The position numbers were made by a program, and so were the translations under genes. Below are positions 31,198 to 42,222 of a stretch of 64,000 nt of DNA, piece by piece. A model generated the notes under the pieces. The model made no database searches, had not been told where the DNA came from, and worked only from the letters and a program-made list of their open reading frames with translations. Positions within the stretch are counted from its first letter, which is position 1, and each line of letters opens with the position of its first letter. Source of the DNA: a bacterium. GTDB lineage: Bacteria; SAR324; NAC60-12. The stretch is from the NCBI GenBank assembly GCA_965205865.1, contig CBDBHR010000026.1, positions 32,001 through 96,000 on the forward strand. Direction: 5' to 3'.

Positions 31198-32379
31198 ATG
31201 AAAAATCAAAACATCCATGCAGTCCCTATTCTGGATCTCAAAGAGCAATTGAACGCATTGAGGAATGAAATCCTCAATGCCGTCACTGAAGTGATAGACT
31301 CCACCCAATACATCATGGGATCCAAAATCGAAGTTCTGGAACAAGCCATTGCGGATTACACCGGTACGTCTTATGGCGTGGGGGTTTCGTCCGGAACAGA
31401 CGCGCTTTTGTTGTCCCTGATGGCCTTGAACGTGGGCCCCGGGGACAGAGTGATCACCAGCGATTTTTCTTTTATTGCGACGGCTGCCGTCATAAGCCGA
31501 CAGTATGCCATACCTCTTTTTGTCGACATCGATCCGTTTACCTTCAATATCTGTCCTGACAAATTGCAACAACTATTGTGGCAGATGACGAACAGAGAAC
31601 GTAATAAGGTCAAGGCGATCATCCCCGTGCATTTGTATGGTCAATGTGCGGAAATGGAGTCGCTTTTTGCAGTGGCAAACGAGTATCAAATTCCACTGAT
31701 CGAAGATGCGGGTCAAGCTATTGGGGCTGAATACGTACTCTCGGGAGAAGTCAAACGCGCTGGTGCCATGGGGCGTATGGGATGTTTTTCGTTTTTCCCC
31801 AGCAAAAATTTAGGTGGGATTGGTGATGCGGGAATGGTCGTGACCAATGATGAGCAGTTGGCTCTGCTGCTCAAACAGAAGCGAGTCCATGGCGAGAGTT
31901 CACAATATCACCATAATGCCGTTGGTGGTAATTTCCGAATGGACCCAATTCAAGCTGCCGTTCTCTCCGTCAAGTTACCCTTTTTAGATCAATGGCACCA
32001 GGCTCGACAACGTAATGCTGAGCGATATTCCGACTTATTCCGGAAGAATGAGCTTGAGCAAATCCTGCTTCCGACCGCCATCTATAAAAACCGGAATCTC
32101 GTCAACCCTCATATCTATAATCAATTCGTCATCCGCGTCCCGCAACGGGATGCTTTGCAAGCTTATTTAGCGCAACATCAGATCGAGACCAGGGTGTATT
32201 ATCCCCTACCCCTTCACCAGCAGGGATGTTTCCAATCGCTCGGTTACCGCACAGGGGATTTTCCCGAATCTGAGAAAGCGGCTCAAGAAGTGCTGGCACT
32301 ACCTGTTTATCCGGAATTGACGGAAGTCATGCAGGAATATGTGGTGGAAAAAATCTCGGAATTTTACTGGAAATCGTGA
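31198..32379 (+). CDS. DegT/DnrJ/EryC1/StrS PLP aminotransferase
   Basis: GVSSGTDAL, IIPVHLYGQ and SFFPSKNLGG motifs. Confidence 0.93.
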   Translation: MKNQNIHAVPILDLKEQLNALRNEILNAVTEVIDSTQYIMGSKIEVLEQAIADYTGTSYGVGVSSGTDALLLSLMALNVGPGDRVITSDFSFIATAAVISRQYAIPLFVDIDPFTFNICPDKLQQLLWQMTNRERNKVKAIIPVHLYGQCAEMESLFAVANEYQIPLIEDAGQAIGAEYVLSGEVKRAGAMGRMGCFSFFPSKNLGGIGDAGMVVTNDEQLALLLKQKRVHGESSQYHHNAVGGNFRMDPIQAAVLSVKLPFLDQWHQARQRNAERYSDLFRKNELEQILLPTAIYKNRNLVNPHIYNQFVIRVPQRDALQAYLAQHQIETRVYYPLPLHQQGCFQSLGYRTGDFPESEKAAQEVLALPVYPELTEVMQEYVVEKISEFYWKS

Positions 32380-32453
32380 CTGTGTTTCAAGAATTTGGCA
32401 AAGGGAATTTGCCGCAGGCGGCAGTCATCGAATTTTCCTACATCTGCTCGCTC

Positions 32454-33071
32454 TCATTGAACACGCAATTTCCGTTGGTTCATCTGCCAGGTGCTATAAA
32501 GCCGGTAGGCTTCGGCGAGAAGGAGCGGAATGAAGTAAAGCAAAGTTACGAGGACATTGCTTTTTTCTTTGAGAAACATGTGCAGGAAAGCAAGAAAAAC
32601 GGCCAGATACACCAGGCGATGCAGGTTTTTCCATTTTTTGAATCCCATTTTTTTGACCGCCCAATTCGTACTGGTGATTGCCATTGCCAGTAAAATGAGG
32701 AAAGCCAGAGCACCACTGATGATGAAGGGGCGGGTAAAGTTTTCCAGCATTACTGCAAGCGTACTATAATCCAGGAGATAGATCGTGAAGTGCAGGAGTA
32801 CGTAAACAAAGCAACTGACCCCCATCATCCGGCGGTGTCGCACGACGATCTTGAGCAACCTGAAATTCGGAAAGATCATCCGCAGGGGAGAAATCCACAA
32901 AGTCACCAGCAAAATACGGACGGTCGTCTCACCGGTTTCCAATTGGATGAACTCTACCGGATTGGCGAAAAATCCGCCCTGCAGACCCTTGACGATTATC
33001 AAGACGCCAGGTAAGACCAGCAGGAGCAGGATGAACCATGGAGATTTAAACAAGAATTCGAGAACTTTCAT
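32454..33071 (-). CDS. msrQ: Methionine sulfoxide reductase heme-binding subunit
   Basis: HRRMMG, LAMAITS and WKNLHRLVY motifs; downstream of msrP. Confidence 0.9.
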   Translation of the reverse strand: MKVLEFLFKSPWFILLLLVLPGVLIIVKGLQGGFFANPVEFIQLETGETTVRILLVTLWISPLRMIFPNFRLLKIVVRHRRMMGVSCFVYVLLHFTIYLLDYSTLAVMLENFTRPFIISGALAFLILLAMAITSTNWAVKKMGFKKWKNLHRLVYLAVFLAFLHMFLKEKSNVLVTLLYFIPLLLAEAYRLYSTWQMNQRKLRVQ

Positions 33072-33074
33072 CGA

Positions 33075-34025
33075 CTAGAACCACTTTTTCAAATCAAGTC
33101 CCTCGTATAGGTGCGCCACTTGCTCCCCGTATCCGTTGAATTTATGCGTGTCTTGTCGTTTGAACCAACTTCCCACGACGCGTTCCGTTTTTTGGGACCA
33201 GCGTGGATGATCCACTTCCGGGTTGACGTTGGCATAGAATCCATATTCTCTCGGGGCCATTTGATTCCATAGGTTCAGGGGCATTTGATCGGTGAATTCG
33301 ATTCTGGTGATGGATTTGATACCTTTGAAGCCATATTTCCAAGGAACGATGAGGCGGATGGGAGCTCCATTTTGACTGGGAGCGGGCTTGCCAAAAAGCC
33401 CGGTGACCATCATTGCCAGTTCATTGGTGGCTTCCCCTATGGTCAGTCCTTCGGTATAAGGCCAGGGATATGTGGGGGCTTTCACTTGACCAGGCGCCAC
33501 GCTTGGATCGTGAAATGAAACTAATTTTAAAAATTTGGCCTGCGAGGTCGGTTGCGCCATATCCACTAATTTTTTCAATGGAAATCCATCCCAGGGCACG
33601 ACCATGCTCCACGCCTCCACACAGCGATGTCGATAAATTCGTTGTTCAATTCCAATTTTCTCTACCAATTCATTGACATCAAAGGTTTGGGGATTGTGAA
33701 CCATGCCGCTGATTTCCAGGGTCCAGGGCTCGGACACGAAATTCTTGGCTTTCTTGGCCACGTCCTCCTTGTTAAAAGAAAATTCGTAAAAATTGTTGTA
33801 TCCCGTCACCAAATCTTCCTTGGTCAATTTGAGATCCGGTTGGTAGTTGGGATTGGGCTCGGATGGAAACCCAGCCGTCGCTCCCAGAGCGGACGCTGAG
33901 GGCAGTAAACCGGCAGCAAGAGTAAAACCGGCTGCTTTCAATAAGGTTCGACGCTGCAGGTAAATGGACTCGGGAGTGACTGCGGACTCGGGCAGTTCCC
34001 AATCTTTTTTAATTTGTACGAACAT
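33075..34025 (-). CDS. msrP: Methionine sulfoxide reductase catalytic Mo subunit
   Basis: Tat RR motif, YNNFYEF, RCVEAWSMVVPW, PWKYGFK and HPRWSQ. Confidence 0.95.
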   Translation of the reverse strand: MFVQIKKDWELPESAVTPESIYLQRRTLLKAAGFTLAAGLLPSASALGATAGFPSEPNPNYQPDLKLTKEDLVTGYNNFYEFSFNKEDVAKKAKNFVSEPWTLEISGMVHNPQTFDVNELVEKIGIEQRIYRHRCVEAWSMVVPWDGFPLKKLVDMAQPTSQAKFLKLVSFHDPSVAPGQVKAPTYPWPYTEGLTIGEATNELAMMVTGLFGKPAPSQNGAPIRLIVPWKYGFKGIKSITRIEFTDQMPLNLWNQMAPREYGFYANVNPEVDHPRWSQKTERVVGSWFKRQDTHKFNGYGEQVAHLYEGLDLKKWF

Positions 34026-34183
34026 AGGACCCCTTTTTGACTGATTGTTTGCGTATGATAATATGAAAAAAACTCCTCACAAGAATGTTTTCTATTGGTC
34101 TTTTTCATAGGTGAATTATTACAAAAATATCACAAAAGAACCGGGTTAGGTAGTGAGAGACAGGGAAATTCTTATTTTTTCTC

Positions 34184-34918
34184 ATGAATAATTGGGAGCA
34201 GACCGCTGCGGCTCTTGATCATCTCGGGACAATCAATTATATTAAACAATTGCGCATCGAAAATAATTTCCCACCTGGTTTTGGAAAGAAATTCATGGGG
34301 ACTCTCACTTTAGAACGAATCCGTAAAAAAGCCGAAGATTATGAAAAACGGCGTGATGAGACATCACAATTTCAAGAGCAAATCGAAGAAGCTTTTCTTG
34401 AGCGCATACGTCAAAAAGCGGAAGAACATGAAGACATGAGACAACGCGATCTGGAATGGCAGGATAATATCCAAGCCATTCGAGAAACCTACAGGCTTTC
34501 AGACACAGAGATGAAAACTATTATCCGGGAAGTGGAACATGAAGAATCAGACCCGCCTGTGGAGCAACAACCCGAGTTCGTTGAAACGAGTCTTTTTGAC
34601 CAGTTGACATCCCTATTCTTCTCACCCAGGGGCCGAATTGGCAGAGGTGTCTTTGCTTTGTCTTTGATAGCAACTGCCATTTTTCAAGGAATGGTAGTTT
34701 CAATATCCTCTTTAGGATTCTTACCGATAGGATTACTGGGCTTGGTTGCCACATACAGTCAATTTATCCTTTCGATCAAACGCTTTCACGATATGGGCAA
34801 ATCGGGATGGCTCACCCTTTTGTATTTTATTCCGTTACTCAATATATTTGTCTTCTTATATCTGCTTTTATTCCAAGGAAGCGAAGGTCCCAACCGTTTT
34901 GATGAAGAAGAAGATTGA
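34184..34918 (+). CDS. DUF805-domain membrane protein
   Basis: GRIGR, IKRFHDMGKSGW and GPNRF motifs; the start may be 34295. Confidence 0.8.
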   Translation: MNNWEQTAAALDHLGTINYIKQLRIENNFPPGFGKKFMGTLTLERIRKKAEDYEKRRDETSQFQEQIEEAFLERIRQKAEEHEDMRQRDLEWQDNIQAIRETYRLSDTEMKTIIREVEHEESDPPVEQQPEFVETSLFDQLTSLFFSPRGRIGRGVFALSLIATAIFQGMVVSISSLGFLPIGLLGLVATYSQFILSIKRFHDMGKSGWLTLLYFIPLLNIFVFLYLLLFQGSEGPNRFDEEED

Positions 34919-35228
34919 GTGGCAATCTTTTTTGCAACTGGTGCTTAATTGTACTTTTGTTTCAATTAATTTATTGTGCGCTTACCGGTTGAAAGGGGAG
35001 AGTATCCTGGCCAGGAGACCTGGTTTGCGTTTCTTCGTTGGGGGGGAATAGTCTGGGCTTGCATCGAATTCTGCCACGAGGAAGTCGATCTCATCACGGC
35101 TGAGGAATTCCGGGATAACGCAGAAGCCCCGTTCTTCGAGCTGAGGAGGTGATTGCTTTGAAATCAGTCATGAGTGTACCTATAGTGATCAGATTCAGGT
35201 TTGTCCTGGCATGAAAATTGGCGAGGTT

Positions 35229-35318
35229 GTCATTCCTGGCAATCCCGGACTTGATCCGGGACCAGGAATCCAGGGTTCGTTTCAATACCCTGGATCCTTG
35301 CATTCGCGAGGATGACAT
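35229..35318. repeat. REP/MITE-like palindromic element, copy 2
   Basis: tgtcattcc...cccggacttgatccggga...ctggatcc...ggatgaca. Confidence 0.75.
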
Positions 35319-35436
35319 ACACCCAAAAAATGTGCCAGGACAATCCAAATTCGGGTTACTATACCTTTCTGAATGATAATGTTATGGACTGCGTCACCGG
35401 TGACCGGCCGCAGCGCTGGAGTTTAGCGTCCTTGGG

Positions 35437-35672
35437 TTATTTCAGAGCCTTCTTCGTCTTCTCGGCTCCAAAGCGCCCCACACCGCCCCTCAGGCTGGGG
35501 TCGAGCAGGTCTCTCAGCGCGTCGCTGAACATGTTGAGACTGTAAACGGTAATCGTCAGGGCAAGACCCGGCCAGAGCGCCTGCCGTGGGGCCATCTCCA
35601 TTGAAGCCCTTCCCATACGAGCATCCCCCCCAGCTGGGAACCTTGATGGGCAGCCCGAATCCCAGGAAGCTC
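35437..35672 (-). pseudogene. 3' fragment of a DppC-like permease
   Basis: SFLGFG..PSWGG and ALRDLLDPSLRGG; paralogous to 36808-37755. Confidence 0.75.
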
Positions 35673-35771
35673 AGAGAAGCTTTTCAGGAAGCTCTCACTA
35701 GTGATCCTCACCAACAGCGGCCTTGGGTGGTGCTGGTCGATGGCGAAGTGAAACAACTGGAGCGTATCTAA
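35673..35771 (+). pseudogene. ISKra4-like transposase fragment
   Basis: AFQEALTSDPHQQRPWVVLVDG. Confidence 0.45.
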
Positions 35772-35852
35772 CAGGTGGCTGCCGGCATGCGACGCAGCGC
35801 CACTTTCATAGTTCTCTAATTTCATAGGCAAATCTCCAAATGAAGAGTTAAT

Positions 35853-36779
35853 TTAATTGGGTTTCATCTCTCCCATGCCATACTGACCACGGGCGACAAA
35901 TTCGCCTTTGGGCGCATCAATACCGCCGTAGCCATTGAACGGTTTGAAGCCTATCAAAGCTAACAGCTCCTCAGAGGCCTCTGCCAGCACTTCAGGGGAG
36001 GTGCCCAGTAAGAAATTCTCCTGTTGCCGGAATTGCGGGGCGCAGAAGTTGGTCGTCAGACCGATCCGGGGTTGATCGCTGCAGTTGACCCCGGTCGAAT
36101 GCCAGAGACGTCCTTCGAAAAACAGGGCGGATCCTGCGGGCGCTTCTACTGAGATCCAATTGGCCTCTTCATCGAGTTCAGGGTCGGGTTGACGGCCGAA
36201 GAGATGGCTGCCGGGGACGACAAGAGTGGCCCCATTGTCTTCCCGAAAATCATCGAGCATCCACATGGCATTGCAGACAAAGGCGGGGGCGATGGCAGGC
36301 AGGTTCATGGTGTTCTCTCCCCCCACATGGTGTCCCCGATACTCTTCAGCCGTGATGGACCCAGGCTTAATCAGTGTCTTTTTCCGGCCATTGGTTGGAG
36401 GGAGCATCCACCATTGATCGGTATGAAATACCTTGCTGCCCCCCGAGTGGGCAATATGACCGTTATAGGAATTGAGCAAATAGACGGACCCCAAAATGTG
36501 AGCGATCATCTCCCGGATGCCGGGGTGGAACAACAAGTCGCGAAACCCTTGCCCTTTGTTGATTAAAAAAGCGACGAGTTGTTTCTTGTCTTTCAACAGG
36601 GTAGTGATGCCCTGTTGCGCTTCTGCTTCTGCTTGTTCCAGCAGTCGTGCGCGCAAGGCAGCGGCTTCCTCCGGACGGATGGCATTGGCCAGGATGCAGT
36701 AGCCAAACTCATCCAGATGGGCTTTGGCGATGGTCAGGTCCGTGGTGGGTTGTGGGTAGTTTTTGTTGGTATGGGTCAT
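35853..36779 (-). CDS. Phytanoyl-CoA dioxygenase (PhyH) family 2OG-Fe(II) oxygenase
   Basis: FHTD, NGATLVVPGSH and WHSTG motifs. Confidence 0.9.
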   Translation of the reverse strand: MTHTNKNYPQPTTDLTIAKAHLDEFGYCILANAIRPEEAAALRARLLEQAEAEAQQGITTLLKDKKQLVAFLINKGQGFRDLLFHPGIREMIAHILGSVYLLNSYNGHIAHSGGSKVFHTDQWWMLPPTNGRKKTLIKPGSITAEEYRGHHVGGENTMNLPAIAPAFVCNAMWMLDDFREDNGATLVVPGSHLFGRQPDPELDEEANWISVEAPAGSALFFEGRLWHSTGVNCSDQPRIGLTTNFCAPQFRQQENFLLGTSPEVLAEASEELLALIGFKPFNGYGGIDAPKGEFVARGQYGMGEMKPN

Positions 36780-36807
36780 AGGAGTCTTTCTTTGCTTAGA
36801 GGCTGTA

Positions 36808-37755
36808 TCACTTTTTTTTACTTTTGTAGCTACCGGTCCCCCCTCTCAAACTGGGGTCAAGTAGGTCTCTGACGGCATCCCCGAGCATATTAATGCTATA
36901 TACCGCAATAGCGAGGGAGAGACCAGGCCATAGGGCAAGCCAGGGCGACCGCAGCATGTATTTGAGTCCGCCTCCGCTGAGCATGCCCCCCCAGCTGGGA
37001 GTGGGGGGAGGAATACCGAAGCCTAAGAAGCTGATAGTGGACTCTTCTATAATCATCCAGGCCATTCGTGTCGTCAGCAGGACAATGATGGGCGCCATCA
37101 CATTAGGCAGGACATGTCGTAAAAGAATGGCAAAATTGGTAGCACCAACGCCCCGTGCCGCTAACACATACTGGTTCTCTTTAATGCCAATAACCGCCCC
37201 TCGTATTATCCTGGAGCCGCCTATGCCGGTTGTAACGCCCAGAACGAGGATCACCTGCAACAGGCCAGGTCCGAGCACCGCCATCACGCTCAGGACTAAA
37301 AACAAACCCGGGAAGCACATCCAGGCATCAACGAAGCGCTGGGTCACCATGTCAAATCTGCCACCGAGATATCCGGATAAGATGCCAATCATTGCAGAGA
37401 TGATGGTGGCCAGAGCGGAAGCAGCCAGACCTACGGTCATGGAGATACGGGCGCCATGAATAACGCGAGTGAAGGTATCTCGTCCGAGTTCATCCGTGCC
37501 CATAAGATGTTTGAAAGAAGGGGATTGGAGTCTATTAATCAGATTAATTTCATCCCTGGCATAAGGGGTCAGCACGTCGGCACAAATCCCGGTCAGGATC
37601 AAGAGGATCACCAACACGCCACCCACCGTGCCCAAGGGCTTCTCTCTCACCAGTCTTATCACCAGATCGACCAGCAGAGACCGTCTCTTTGGCTCGTTCA
37701 ACACCCCCGGTGTGGTTTCTCCAACTGTTGCTGCTTTGCTTTCTCGATTCATCAC
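36808..37755 (-). CDS. Peptide/nickel ABC permease (DppC/OppC-like)
   Basis: MGTDELGRD, RHVLPN and GDAVRDLLDP motifs. Confidence 0.92.
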   Translation of the reverse strand: MMNRESKAATVGETTPGVLNEPKRRSLLVDLVIRLVREKPLGTVGGVLVILLILTGICADVLTPYARDEINLINRLQSPSFKHLMGTDELGRDTFTRVIHGARISMTVGLAASALATIISAMIGILSGYLGGRFDMVTQRFVDAWMCFPGLFLVLSVMAVLGPGLLQVILVLGVTTGIGGSRIIRGAVIGIKENQYVLAARGVGATNFAILLRHVLPNVMAPIIVLLTTRMAWMIIEESTISFLGFGIPPPTPSWGGMLSGGGLKYMLRSPWLALWPGLSLAIAVYSINMLGDAVRDLLDPSLRGGTGSYKSKKK

Positions 37756-37840
37756 GTAATTCCGGGATTCAAATAGGTCTATAGGTATTCAGAAAATTAC
37801 TCCCATGGCGAATGTAGGGTGCTGCTGAATTTCTCTAATT

Positions 37841-37937
37841 GACCCACCCCTAACCCCTCCAAGGAGGGTAATTTTACTAGGACTGACGGCCAAATCCCCT
37901 CTTGGGAGGGGGGGACTGCGTAGCGGTGGGGAGGGTT
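37841..37937. repeat. REP-like C/G-run palindromic element
   Basis: cccacccctaacccctccaaggaggg...cccctcttgggagggg...ggtggggaggg. Confidence 0.65.
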
Positions 37938-37974
37938 TTCTGTTAGACTTATCTCAAGTCAAAGAGCAGATTGA

Positions 37975-38922
37975 CTAACGATACTTAATCCTGGGATCCA
38001 AATAGCCATAGCTCAAGTCAAAGAGCAGATTGAGGAACACAACAAACATGGCAATCAACACGTTGAGTCCGGCCAGGGCCACGTAGTCTCGATGACCGAT
38101 AGCGATCAGCAGGTAACGTCCCAAGCCAGGCAGGTTGAATATCTGCTCCAAAACAACCGTTCCTCCGATCAATGACGGGATCATCACCGATATCAGACTG
38201 ATGACAGGGATCAGTGAATTTTTCAAGGCATGCCTCAGGATGACCACTCTCTCCCTAAGCCCTTTTGACCAGGCCGTTCTGATGTAGTCCTGCCGCAGGA
38301 CCTCCAGCATCATGCTGCGGGTCATTCTCGTGAGCGTCCCCGCCAGAAGCATGCCCAGAATGGTAGCCGGAATGAGGAATTGGAACAGGTTTCCCGCGGG
38401 GTCATCGGTAAATGCAATGTATTCCAGGTGCGGCGTCCAGTTCCACCAGATCGAGGGGTATACCATGATTATTATTGCGAGCCAGAAGCTCGGCACGCAA
38501 ATAGCAAGGGTTGCTGCTGAGCGGGTGATATAGTCGCCTGCAGTATCCTGCCGCATCGCCGAATAGGTGCCGATGGGCACGCCTATCAGCATCGAGATTA
38601 TCAATACCATTAGACCCAGCTCAAAGGAGACTGGAATTCGAGGCACAATTTCATCAATCACCGGACGGGATGTCCAAAGCGAGTTCCCCAGATCTCCGCG
38701 CAGCAACGGCCCAAACCAGCGTGCGAAGCGGATATGGACGGGTTGATCTAAACCCATGGACGCCTTGATCTTATCAAGATCCAAGGCGCTATACTCCATT
38801 TGTCCAAACTGCGCATCCACCACATCGCCCGGAATCAGCTGGAACATCAAAAAGACGATGAGCACCACAAAAAAAACGGTCGGCAATAGGAGCAACAATC
38901 TTCTGATAATATAGCCCGTCAT
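37975..38922 (-). CDS. Peptide/nickel ABC permease (DppB/OppB-like)
   Basis: YIIRR, GDLGNS, QDYIRTAWSKG and LDPRI motifs. Confidence 0.92.
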   Translation of the reverse strand: MTGYIIRRLLLLLPTVFFVVLIVFLMFQLIPGDVVDAQFGQMEYSALDLDKIKASMGLDQPVHIRFARWFGPLLRGDLGNSLWTSRPVIDEIVPRIPVSFELGLMVLIISMLIGVPIGTYSAMRQDTAGDYITRSAATLAICVPSFWLAIIIMVYPSIWWNWTPHLEYIAFTDDPAGNLFQFLIPATILGMLLAGTLTRMTRSMMLEVLRQDYIRTAWSKGLRERVVILRHALKNSLIPVISLISVMIPSLIGGTVVLEQIFNLPGLGRYLLIAIGHRDYVALAGLNVLIAMFVVFLNLLFDLSYGYLDPRIKYR

Positions 38923-38961
38923 AACCCTTTGCTAAGTACCGCTCATCAGAAATAAGTGACC

Positions 38962-39172
38962 ATTATCCGAGGTTCCGCAAAATATGGGGACACGTAACAG
39001 CTGTGATCTTGTTCATTGTTAAAAACTCGTTGGTTGTACATGTCCCGTTCCACGTCGGCCATATTTTGCTCTATTATCCGAGGTTCCGCAAAATATGGGG
39101 ACACGTAACAGCAGTGATCTTGTTCATTGTTAAAAACTCGCTGGTTGTACATGTCCCCATATTTTGCTCTAT
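38962..39172. repeat. 111-bp tandem duplication of a GGGGACA/TGTCCCC inverted-repeat unit
   Basis: gcaaaatatggggaca at 38977 and 39088; its reverse complement at 39152-39167. Confidence 0.85.
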
Positions 39173-40106
39173 TTGGACACTTTTTTATGAATTGCCGTAC
39201 TAAGTTCGTATTGTATTCATTGTGTTTAAACACAGGGATCGAACTGTTTGCCCGACCCCTGTATTGCTGAATTGTCAAACCTGTAGGCTCAAGCTATTTT
39301 CCCATCTTCTTTTTCATATCCTGGTCAATCCAGAGGCGGGCATCTTTGGCACCCCAATAAAAGTTACCGGGTACTCCTCCTTCCTCAAAACCTTGGAACC
39401 ACGGCTGAGCGACGGTATAGCTTGCTCCCTGAGGCATGCTCACGAAAAAGGACTGTTCCATGGCTCGCCAGTTCATTTGCTTGGTGATCTCTCAGCGCTT
39501 CTCATTGTTGAATTCAGCGCCTGCCTTGGCGTACATTTCGTTGTACTTCTTGTCATTGGTTATGCTCAGGTTATAGAGATAGCCCGGTGTGAAGGGAGTC
39601 GTTGTATCAAAAGTGCTGGACCACCAATGCCAGTGAACGACCATCTGATCGTACGTTTTGCCCAATCGCACCGTATTGTAGTCTGTCGGTTCACGACTGT
39701 CGATTTTGACCTCGATGCCTACTTGGGCCATGTAGGCTTGAAAAATCTGTGTGAGTTCCGTATGAGCTTACACTTGCAGCCAGTATGTTCGTCTTAAATC
39801 TGATGCCGTCCGCACCCCGAGGATGCCCCGCGGCATCGAGAAGTTCCTCTGCCTTTTCGGGGTTATAACCAAGGATCTCCTTGACACTCATCCCGGCCGG
39901 ATTGTCCTCAGGCCAAAGCGGCGCGTCAGGGTACTCCTCGGGCGGGACGTAGGTTGGCCAGCCTGGGTACATCAAGGTTAAGGGACTCTGGATGACATCA
40001 CCTTCAAAGATGATTGCGGCCACTGCCTGCTTGTCCATAGCCAGATTCATCGCCTGACGTACCCTCACATCGTCAAAAGGCGGAGTATCGCTTCTCGGTT
40101 TAAATA

Positions 40107-42222
40107 GTGCTTGGCCGAAAAATACTCAAATTGCTGATATTAAATGACAATTCTTCAATTTCACAGGATGAAGATTGGTTTGATGCAGTGTTCAGATGGC
40201 CAAAATCAGCAATAAATGGGATTTTTATGAGTTTCTCCAAAATCTTCGTTTCTTAAAAACAGGTGAATACCATTTAATATCATGTAAAGTCTTTCATTAA
40301 TTATATCAAGATGATAAACTGATATTTGTGACGCGAAGATTTGAAAAAACCCGAGTTTGCGCCACCTCGCATGAAGGGTCAATCGTTGCAGTTACAGTAT
40401 CTTCGGACTGGTTTCTTTCGTTTTTCCGTAAATCTTCAAGATTTGAAATTTTATGCGCACCATACGTGACCCCCAGATGAAGTTCGGCGAAGTCGACATT
40501 GCCGCCATCGAGTTGGATCTAAAATCCCGTGATGACATCCCCCTATCCTTCGCGGTTTGCAATACATATACGCCACGCCAGCATTACGCGCATCGGTATT
40601 CAAGGTTCTGGAACGGGTCATCCCCTCGCGAAGCGGCCCGGGCCTGAGCAACGAAGACAGGCATCGCAAAGCGGACCCCCGTCTTGGGCGTCCCGGGATG
40701 GAGCAGTGGAAGATTCTGGTGCTTGGCGTACTGCGCCTGGGTCTCAACAGCGATTACGACCGCATCCATGAGTTGGCTAACCATCACGACACCATCCGGC
40801 AGATGCTCGGACATGGTGGGTGGGAGGATAAAACGACATACAACCGGCAGACGATCAAGGATAACCTGCGTCTCTTCACACCTGAGATTCTCGATGAGAT
40901 CAATCAGTTGGTTATCAAAGTCGGACATGGGCTGGTAAAAAAAAACGCCCCAAAAGATGGGCCAACCCGAATTCGCACGGAGAAGAAGATTGAACTTCAT
41001 GATTCAAGCAAGGCGCTACGTGCACGCTGCGACTCCTTTGTGGTTGAAACCAATGTACATTATCCGACCGACATCAACCTGCTCTTCGACGCCGTACGTA
41101 AGACGGTTGAAGAATGCGCCAGACTTTCACAGAGTTGCCAGTTGGAGGGCTGGCGACAATATCGGAACAACCTCAGGAAGTTCAAAAAGCAGTATCGTCT
41201 CATCCAAAAGCTCAGGCTCTCCACTTCGAAAGTTGAGCAAATAAAGCGTGCCCGTGAAGAAAAGAGGCGCAAGGAATATCTCAAATACGTCCTCATGGCC
41301 AATGGGTATCAACTGCGAGTCCGGACAAGCCTGGAACTTTTGGAAAAACGGGTGCGCTCCTCCAAACTGCTACGCTTGCGGGAGTACATGGGCTATGCAA
41401 AAAAACTCATGAGCCAAATCATCCGCAGGGTGTGCTGCGACGAAACCATCCCTCATCATGAAAAAATCTTCTCCATCTTCGAGCCCCACACCGAGTGGAT
41501 CAGCAAGGGCAAGGCGGGAGTGCCGGTGGAACTCGGACTCAGGGTCAACCTCATTGAGGACCAGCATCAATTCATCCTTCACCATCAGGTGATGCGCAGG
41601 CAGACCGATGAGAAGGTGGCCGTGGAAATCGTCGAAGAAACCAAAAAACGCTTCCCCGAGCTTGCGGTCGTGAGTTGGGACAAGGGCGCTCACAGCCCAC
41701 AGAATCAGCGTGAACTCAAAGCACTGCTGGATCTTGTCGTGCTTCCCAAAAAAGGCAAGTTGAGCAAAGCAGACCGGCAGAGAGAAAATTCCCGGGAATT
41801 CAAACTCCTGCGCCGCCAACACTCTGCGGTCGAATCCGCTATCAACGCTCTGGAAGTGCACGGACTCGACCGATGTCCGGATCATGGAATCAAGGGGTTC
41901 GAACGCTATGTCGCTCTGGCTGTGCTTGCAAAAAACATCCACCGTCTCGGCACCGTCCTGCGTGAACAACAAAAAGAACGGAAGCGTCGTAAACGAGGAC
42001 CCTACAAAAAAGCGGCCTGAACCCAAAAGTGACTCCCCATTCTGAAACAAGAGGGGAGGCCGGGAGGGGGGGGCGAGTGTCCAAAAATAGGGAGGGTAAC
42101 AAAAAATTAGGGATCCCAAAGAAAAATAGCTTCAATTCTCTAAAATATGGCTTGTTCAAAAACAAATGTTCTCGCGGATTCTACACTTCCTATTAGTAAA
42201 ATTGTATTTTTCTGTCAGGCAC
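40107..42222 (+). mobile_element. ISNCY/IS5-like insertion sequence (2116 bp)
   Basis: IRs GTGCTTGGCCGAAAAATAC / GTATTTTTCTGTCAGGCAC and a TAAATA duplication (40101-06 and 42223-28). Confidence 0.9.
40453..42020 (+). CDS. DDE transposase with a frameshift near 40545
   Basis: RCDSFVVETNVHYPTD, KGKAGVPVELG and RQHSAVESAIN motifs. Confidence 0.85.

Noticed and set aside
38946-39278. CRISPR array or repeat-protein ORF
   Set aside because: Only two long units, no unique spacers and no cas genes; the ORF is a by-product of the duplication.
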